Source: Promethearchaeota archaeon (GTDB lineage: Archaea > Asgardarchaeota > Lokiarchaeia > Sigyniarchaeales > Promethearchaeaceae). Taken from it: 32,000 bases of DNA. Under the pieces are notes generated by a model. That model saw only the letters and a program-made list of their open reading frames with translations, did not search any database and was not told the origin of the DNA. The stretch covers positions 120,001 through 152,000 of the forward strand of contig JAFGBS010000008.1 of assembly GCA_016933055.1 (NCBI GenBank). Reading direction: 5' to 3'. Position 1 is the stretch's first letter. The number at the start of each line of letters is the position of its first letter. Shown piece by piece: positions 26,231 to 32,000 of the stretch. A program made the position numbers and the translations under genes.

Positions 26231-26836
26231 ATGGCCGAAGAATCAATAAAAAAGGAGAATCTTCTACATAAGGTCTCTGGTTTTCGAAAAAGAAGCCTAA
26301 ATTGGAAATCTATGGGTAAATATCTTTGTAATATCATACTTAACATAAAACAAACGATACAATTTTCTGGATTAAACAAGGAATTAACGGAAAGAATAAT
26401 GTTAGCTGTAACTTCGGTCAACAATTGTCGCTATTGCACATACTTCCACACAAAGGTTGCATTAGAAAGCGGGTGTACTCAAGAAGAGATTCGTGAATTA
26501 TTAGATGGAGACTTAAGTTGTGCGGATCAAGAAGAACTTCCTGCTTTAATGTTCGCCCAACATTTTGCAGAATCACACGAACAACCAAGCCGCAAAGCTT
26601 TGAAACAACTCGTAAAAGTATATGGAGTTAAGAAAACACAACAAATAATAACAGCATGCAGAATGATTACATTGGGAAATCTCTTCGGTAATACGATCGA
26701 TGCATATGCCTATCGATATCATGGTATTGTGTTAAAGGGCGGTTCATCAACTCTGGAAGGGTTAATTTACTATTTATCTGCGATACCTGCTCAAAAACTG
26801 ATGAAAACTTTTCAACGAGATAGATCATTGACGTGA
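26231..26836 (+). CDS. Carboxymuconolactone decarboxylase/AhpD-family protein
   Basis: ERIMLAVTSVNNCRYCTYFH (CxxC...H), ALMFAQHFAE. ORF track starts at TTG 26225; ATG 26231 chosen. Confidence 0.85.
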   Translation: MAEESIKKENLLHKVSGFRKRSLNWKSMGKYLCNIILNIKQTIQFSGLNKELTERIMLAVTSVNNCRYCTYFHTKVALESGCTQEEIRELLDGDLSCADQEELPALMFAQHFAESHEQPSRKALKQLVKVYGVKKTQQIITACRMITLGNLFGNTIDAYAYRYHGIVLKGGSSTLEGLIYYLSAIPAQKLMKTFQRDRSLT

Positions 26837-27695
26837 TACAATTCTCAATGTTTTCTAAATGATCATTTTTCCGATAATTGTGATCATAGTTTTTTGTTTG
26901 TATTTTATAATATATTCCAAAAATGTTGTATATTTAGTGTGGGACAGTGTGCAAAATTTAGAAATCATTCCAGAAGGATTACAGGTGAGTGAACGTATCA
27001 TTTCAATTCCCGGACTAAGCGGATATAAAATTAATTGTGTGGTATTTGGACCGGTTCTTGTATTTTTTGCCATTTCAGATCTCGTTTCGGTCGTAATTAG
27101 ACCCAATACTATATTATTCTCCTTTCTCTCCTCATTCATAGAGTTTATTGATGAATAGCACAAGAAAAGAAAGATATCGAAAAAAGATAGATATCATCTT
27201 TGATCGAATGGTTCTCCCGGATGAACCAAAAATGGGTTAGCCAAATTTAAATGAAAGTTACGAAATCTTCAAAGCGCAATGTTCGTGAAACCCGTCTTTA
27301 CCTCTTAAAAATGATCATTTCCTTATTTTTTATGATCATTTTTTTTATTCATTAAAAAATTTTGAATACACCTCTGCATTTTTTCATCTGAGCAAATAAA
27401 AATCCAAGGTAACTCAACAGATGTATTGCTTCGATTGAGAAGTTCTTCCTCGGATTTGTACTTGTCACAACTTAAAGAAAAGGTAAAACTTCGTATGATA
27501 TAAAATGATTATGAAGGTTTAACTATACAGAATATTCCTAGGTAATATTACCAGCAGACACTTTATTTTGTGAAATTGATCGTGTCCTAGACGATCAGTA
27601 TAGTAGTTCTAATGAATAAAGTCACTTACTAAGTGTTTTTTCTATTTTACTCCCCCTTCTTCCTAAGAAATTCAACAAAGTTATATTTGTGGATT

Positions 27696-27721
27696 CACAT
27701 ATTACACATAATACACACATA
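27696..27721. promoter_or_regulatory. Three CACATA direct repeats, putative antitoxin operator
   Basis: CACATA at 27696, 27705 and 27716, between a TATA-like TTATATTT (27681-27688) and the AGGAG SD (27721). Confidence 0.35.
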
Positions 27722-27731
27722 GGAGATTCTG

Positions 27732-27962
27732 ATGGTAAATATAACATTATCTTTATCTAAAAAAATGAAAGAAGAAATGGAGAAGTTTCCTGAAATCAAT
27801 TGGTCCGAGGTTGCCCGGTCTTCTATTAAAAAGAAATTAGCCCAACTTAAATTTATGGATGCTTTTTTAAAAGAGAGCACATTTTCTGTAGAAGATGCGA
27901 CCAAGTACGGCGAAGAACTAAGTCGATTAGTATACGAGAAATACATAAAAGAGCTCGAATGA
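27732..27962 (+). CDS. vapB: Ribbon-helix-helix antitoxin (VapB-like)
   Basis: MVNITLSL...M..FPEINWSEVARSSI: beta strand plus two helices; directly upstream of a PIN gene. Confidence 0.75.
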   Translation: MVNITLSLSKKMKEEMEKFPEINWSEVARSSIKKKLAQLKFMDAFLKESTFSVEDATKYGEELSRLVYEKYIKELE

Positions 27963-27975
27963 ATGGTGCTTGGTA

Positions 27976-28386
27976 GTGAAGTTAATTGTTGATGCCAACA
28001 TCCTATTTGCTGCATTGATTAAGGATGGAATGACTTCTAAACTCCTTTTTTCAGATAAACTACATCTTTTAACACCTGAATATATTTTTCTTGAGTTCCG
28101 CAAATATGAGAAGATTATTATCAACAAAACTAAAAGAACCAGAGAAGATTTTCGAAATTTTTTTGGTATTCTCAAAGAGAAAATACAAATCATACCTGAA
28201 CACATCTTTCGAGATTATTTACAAAAAGCTAAAGAAATTTCGCCAGATCCTAAAGATGTTATCTACATCGCTTGTGCACTTGCTAAAAAAGCGAATATTT
28301 GGTCCTACGATCGTGCTCTAAGGAAAAATCAAACTGCTATTAAAATCATCACTACTCCAGAATTAGTTAAGAAAATTGCAAAATAA
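27976..28386 (+). CDS. vapC: PIN-domain ribonuclease toxin
   Basis: LIVDANILFAAL, PE...E, SPDPKD...IACA, IWSYDRAL acidic PIN residues. GTG 27976 chosen (GGTG SD); ORF track uses TTG 27970. Confidence 0.88.
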   Translation: MKLIVDANILFAALIKDGMTSKLLFSDKLHLLTPEYIFLEFRKYEKIIINKTKRTREDFRNFFGILKEKIQIIPEHIFRDYLQKAKEISPDPKDVIYIACALAKKANIWSYDRALRKNQTAIKIITTPELVKKIAK

Positions 28387-28587
28387 TTGTATTCACAAGA
28401 TTTATTTTCAATCAATTTTGAAATTTGGTAGATAATTGGCTAGTATCTTGAGATAGTCGAAATTTATGAAACAAAACTTTCACGAAAAATTGTATTCTTC
28501 GGATATACTACCCCATACCATAGAGATAGCTGATTGATTACCCATTGAGAGTAATTTTTTTATGATCGTCTCACCATTTGAGATGGT

Positions 28588-29226
28588 ATGTTTAAGAAGC
28601 AAAAATATTCATTACAAGATCTGTTTGATCAAGATGCAGATATTGTAAAACAAGCATTACAAGAGCTATCCAATGCGGTACATTCCCATTGTATGGATGA
28701 TCGAGTCAGTCTAGCAAAATATTCTGAAGAAACCATTGCGTTAGAAAAACGTCAAGATCGATTAACTGAAGAAATTATCGCTCGAATGTTTGGGAAAGAG
28801 ACTATGGTATTCTCTCGTCCTGATCGGATCTTTATTATAAAAGAACTGGATAAAATTGTGGATCTCGCAGAATTTGCGGTACGAAAATTACTTTTATATC
28901 GCCCAGAACCAAATGCAGCGATTAATTTGCTTCTGGAAGAAATGAGTACCATTATTAAAAATATCGGCATCTCTGTAGAGAAAATGATTCATGAAGTTTT
29001 TCTGGATTTTGATACTGCAAAAAAGAGTACGGTGCAGATTACAGATCTGCGTCGTGAGGTTAGACGATTAGAATGGAATGCATTGGAAAAGATATTTTCA
29101 TCTAATTTACCTGCCATTGAATTTCGTTACTACGAAACCATCATCATGCAAATCTCGCGAGTTGCGGATAAAGCTGAGGAATTTGCCGATAGTATCTATG
29201 AATTTATCTGCAAATATGCACTTTAA
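28588..29226 (+). CDS. DUF47/PhoU-like phosphate transport regulator
   Basis: LEKRQDRL..EI, FSRPDR....ELDKIVD, E..ADKAEE; all-helical; 2 nt upstream of the PiT gene. Confidence 0.85.
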   Translation: MFKKQKYSLQDLFDQDADIVKQALQELSNAVHSHCMDDRVSLAKYSEETIALEKRQDRLTEEIIARMFGKETMVFSRPDRIFIIKELDKIVDLAEFAVRKLLLYRPEPNAAINLLLEEMSTIIKNIGISVEKMIHEVFLDFDTAKKSTVQITDLRREVRRLEWNALEKIFSSNLPAIEFRYYETIIMQISRVADKAEEFADSIYEFICKYAL

Positions 29227-29228
29227 GG

Positions 29229-30248
29229 GTGATCATAGTGGAACCATTAGTCATCATTTTGCTGGTGTTATCATTCTTTTTATCATTTGGGATTGGTGCA
29301 AATGATGAAACCATGGCTACTTTAGTAGGAAGCGGTTCCTTAAAACTTAGAATCGCCCTCTATATTGGGGGTGGAATGGTTTTCCTCGGCTGTGTATTCT
29401 TGAGTACAAATGTTGGAAAGACTATCGGCGCTAATCTTGTTGGAAGTTCCGTTAATTTCGAAAATCGAATGATTCTTGCTGTTCTCCTTAGTACATCAAT
29501 CTGGTTAATTGTCGCTTCTCGAACGGGAGCACCAATATCCACGACCCATTCAGTTGTTGGATCCATATTTGGGGTGGCGCTGGTCTGGTCCCTCACCTAC
29601 AAACAAGCCTTCATCGCAAGTTTAAATTGGATAAAGATGGCTGAGGTAGTAATTGGATGGATTGTGTCACCCATATTTGGGTTTCTTATGGCTATGTTTT
29701 TCCAATGGTTGCTTGAGGTTATTTTACGTAAAACAAAAACTAATACTGGCTTGATACGTATTGAGAAAAATGAACGAATTTTTATGTACATCTTAATGGT
29801 TAGTGTGTTTTGGACTCAATTAACTCGGGGGGGTAATGATAGTGCAAATGCAGTTGGAATCTTCTTTGGTCTGACTGAAACTTATACGGAGCTGGTAGCG
29901 TATAAATATCTTTATTTGGCTGCGGCAGGATTAATGATTGCGTTAGGATTGATAATTGTAGGAAAGAACGTCATAAAAAATGTTGGTAGAAGTGTGATAG
30001 AAATGCGGCCCAGTGATGGAGTCGTAATTCAGCTATCATCAATATTAGTGCTTTTTCTTGCAACCTTATTCGGATTTCCGATTTCTGGCTCCCATGTGCT
30101 AATTTTTGCAATTCTTGGAGCTGCGTACGTCAAGGGTGAACGATCGGATAGAAAATCATTTAGAAAGATGATCTTAAGTTGGATTATAACTTTTCCAGTA
30201 GCAGCTTTATTGTCAGCAGTATTATACGGGATTTTTTTATTGTTCTAA
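29229..30248 (+). CDS. PiT-family inorganic phosphate transporter
   Basis: GIGANDE, PISTTHSVVGS, GGNDSANAVG, PISGSH signature repeats. Confidence 0.93.
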   Translation: MIIVEPLVIILLVLSFFLSFGIGANDETMATLVGSGSLKLRIALYIGGGMVFLGCVFLSTNVGKTIGANLVGSSVNFENRMILAVLLSTSIWLIVASRTGAPISTTHSVVGSIFGVALVWSLTYKQAFIASLNWIKMAEVVIGWIVSPIFGFLMAMFFQWLLEVILRKTKTNTGLIRIEKNERIFMYILMVSVFWTQLTRGGNDSANAVGIFFGLTETYTELVAYKYLYLAAAGLMIALGLIIVGKNVIKNVGRSVIEMRPSDGVVIQLSSILVLFLATLFGFPISGSHVLIFAILGAAYVKGERSDRKSFRKMILSWIITFPVAALLSAVLYGIFLLF

Positions 30249-30610
30249 TGTCGATGATGTCCATCAGGATGAGCAATATTCACTCCGCTTTTGAGTGTTC
30301 CATCAAGAATCTTATTAATTGTATTATCTACTGGGCCTGTAGCACCTAAAATCACTTCAATACCATACTGTTCAAAATTTTGAATAGCTCGCCCCCCCAT
30401 CCCCCCGGATACAATCACATTCGCTCCTTGATCATACAAAAATTTTGGCACGGAACCAGGTTCATGCTGAATCGCACCAGGATTAGCAATGATTTCTTTT
30501 TTCAAAATTGTACCATTATCAATTTCTACGAGAGTAAATGATGGGCAACGACCAAAATGAACTGCAACTTGGTCTCCTTCAGTAGGTATGGCATATTTTT
30601 TAATCGGTAT
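30245..30610 (-). CDS. NifB/NifX-family (FeMo-cofactor-binding-like) small protein
   Basis: KYAIPTEG..VAVHFGRCPSF, NP, GANVIVSGGMGGRA...GIEV; His-rich tail. Conserved N-terminus lies upstream of the ORF-track TTG 30505; start proposed at ATA 30610. Confidence 0.85.
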   Translation of the reverse strand: MPIKKYAIPTEGDQVAVHFGRCPSFTLVEIDNGTILKKEIIANPGAIQHEPGSVPKFLYDQGANVIVSGGMGGRAIQNFEQYGIEVILGATGPVDNTINKILDGTLKSGVNIAHPDGHHRH

Positions 30611-30835
30611 TTTATCTCACCTATTAGGTGTAAAAATACACTGGATATTATAAAATCTCTTTTCCTTGTATATTCATAAACATCCTTTGAAAACAGTTAG
30701 TGCATCGACATTAAATACAATTAAGGTTATTTAGACTAAGTTTACCCCAAAATAAAACCTATTCAATTTTCTATATAAATTAGCCCTTTAAACAGAATTA
30801 TATGGTACATTTAGGATTTGAAAGATTCTAATCGA

Positions 30836-31651
30836 TTATATTATTTCTTTTCCCACATTTCGATTCTTTTTATCTTGTAGCATTTTATGTAGTTCTTCAT
30901 TAATATCTTCTCTATCAGATTCCTTTCCCTGCTTTACTGTAAAAAACCCAGCAATTGCAGCTCCAATCATGCTGGCGATCGAAAGGAAATACCCCCAAGT
31001 ATAATAAATCCCAGTAATTGATCCATAAATCGAAGAAATCATTAAGAAAACGAAAACAAGTACTATACAACTGTAAAACACCAATCCTGCAATTATTCTA
31101 TGTTGCATGAACCTGTTTCGAATGAATGTATAAATCTTGTATGAGTTTATCATATAGTATAGGGAAGTAGCTAAAACGTACAGAAAAACCAAAATAAATT
31201 TTAATGGATAAAGAAACAAGGGTTCACCATTTATACCATAGCGAGGGATGGTAAGCACAATAAGGAACAAAGCAATAGTCGATATTTGGGCAAAAGAACG
31301 ATAATTTTTACTCTTTGGGGGGAATAAATGCCATGCAACCTCCGATTGCCAATATAGACTTAAAGCTATTAAGCTTAACGAAAAGGACCAGTTTGTGAAC
31401 AATCCTAATTCTGTTTTATCTAGATCATATGACCCATTAACATAAGTTAGAGTTTTTCCTACAATCGATCCCAGAATTGCAAGGTTATAACAGATGAAGA
31501 AACGTGTCATAATTAATAACTGCTTTTTCTGATTCTTCCGATAACGGAAATAAATCATCCCTGTTATAACAAAACCCAGTATGAATACAATAGATTCTAG
31601 AATAATTGCTAACATAATTCTTGTATCTGGAAATATACCTTGTAATATCAT
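30836..31651 (-). CDS. Orphan seven-TM membrane protein
   Basis: About seven hydrophobic segments, RYRKNQKK positive-inside patch after TM1, charged C-terminal tail. Confidence 0.7.
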   Translation of the reverse strand: MILQGIFPDTRIMLAIILESIVFILGFVITGMIYFRYRKNQKKQLLIMTRFFICYNLAILGSIVGKTLTYVNGSYDLDKTELGLFTNWSFSLSLIALSLYWQSEVAWHLFPPKSKNYRSFAQISTIALFLIVLTIPRYGINGEPLFLYPLKFILVFLYVLATSLYYMINSYKIYTFIRNRFMQHRIIAGLVFYSCIVLVFVFLMISSIYGSITGIYYTWGYFLSIASMIGAAIAGFFTVKQGKESDREDINEELHKMLQDKKNRNVGKEII

Positions 31652-31694
31652 TGTGGTTTCACACGGCTACTTAATTACTTAATTCAAAGTACAC

Positions 31695-32000
31695 CTATGT
31701 ATATTCTTGCAATACGAGAGGAATGTACTTCAGCAAATCAGAACTCTTCATTGGTAATGGTTTTTGATTTTTAATTATTCCTTTATGATAGGATTGGGTG
31801 GGATGCTGATAATATTCTCCTAATTTACCATTCAAAAACGCACTGCAGCAAGCTGCATCATAAAGATCAAGTTTCACTGCAATCAATGACGCCACAATTC
31901 CTGTAAGGATGTCTCCTGTGCCTCCTACAGCCATTTCAGGAGTACCTGTTCTATTTATTCGGGTTTGTTTTCCATTTGAAATGTAATCATAACGCCCTTT
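31695..32000 (-). CDS. nnrD: ADP-dependent NAD(P)H-hydrate dehydratase (YjeF C-terminal domain), 5' truncated
   Basis: Frame open to the window end: KGRYDYIS...NRTGTPEMAVGGTGDILTGIVASL...AA. Confidence 0.88.
   Translation of the reverse strand, partial: KGRYDYISNGKQTRINRTGTPEMAVGGTGDILTGIVASLIAVKLDLYDAACCSAFLNGKLGEYYQHPTQSYHKGIIKNQKPLPMKSSDLLKYIPLVLQEYT

Noticed and set aside
27180-27290. In-frame TAG/TGA read-through (pyrrolysine or selenocysteine) in protein-like fragments
   Set aside because: No recognisable enzyme family, multiple stop types and no recoding element; decay is the simpler explanation.
30245-30610. Nitrogen fixation gene
   Set aside because: NifX-like domains are widespread in non-diazotrophic archaea and no nifHDK genes are in the window.
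30836-31651. Rhodopsin (heliorhodopsin or schizorhodopsin)
   Set aside because: No retinal-binding Lys within the seventh helix and no helix C counter-ion motif.
708-31934. Many short ORFs in the track lying antisense or out of frame within called genes (for example 893-1246, 8750-9094, 9890-10162, 10379-10759, 16858-17373, 18693-19043)
   Set aside because: They are shadows of well-supported genes and carry no recognisable motifs.
1-32000. tRNA, rRNA, CRISPR array, transposase or integrase
   Set aside because: No cloverleaf with T-loop consensus, no regularly spaced repeats and no recombinase motifs found by eye; a tRNAscan/Infernal run would be the proper test.

Overview
AT-rich archaeal chromosomal window, most likely from an Asgard archaeon of the Lokiarchaeia/Promethearchaeota type. 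This is inferred from archaeal TBP, uS15 and eS1 occurring with a stand-alone longin-like protein, an unprenylated Rab-like GTPase and an orphan 7-TM protein. Housekeeping and metabolic genes include histidine, PAP2 and calcineurin-like phosphatases, a GlmU-like nucleotidyltransferase, acyl-CoA dehydrogenase, thiolase-fold protein plus DUF35, MaoC hydratase, nitroreductase, a beta-propeller glycosidase, GNAT, AhpD-like protein, a VapBC toxin-antitoxin pair, DUF47-PiT, a NifX-like protein and partial NnrD. The best candidate for an undescribed system is 2453-7603: a ModE-type regulator divergent from an operon with a ModE-box-like operator over its promoter. The operon encodes two membrane-anchored, sequon-rich proteins carrying three Cys-less sulfite-oxidase-family molybdopterin-binding-like domains, then a dedicated ECF transporter (S, fused A-A', T). 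The hypothesis is Mo/W-pterin cofactor capture and import. Other notable points: two genes whose conserved N-termini appear to need ATA starts, a (TA)9 tract just downstream of tbp, a thiolase with Gly at the nucleophile position, and a DUF4240-TM-PH-like fusion. No tRNA, rRNA, CRISPR array or transposase was seen. All family calls come from motif recognition by eye; no database search was run.
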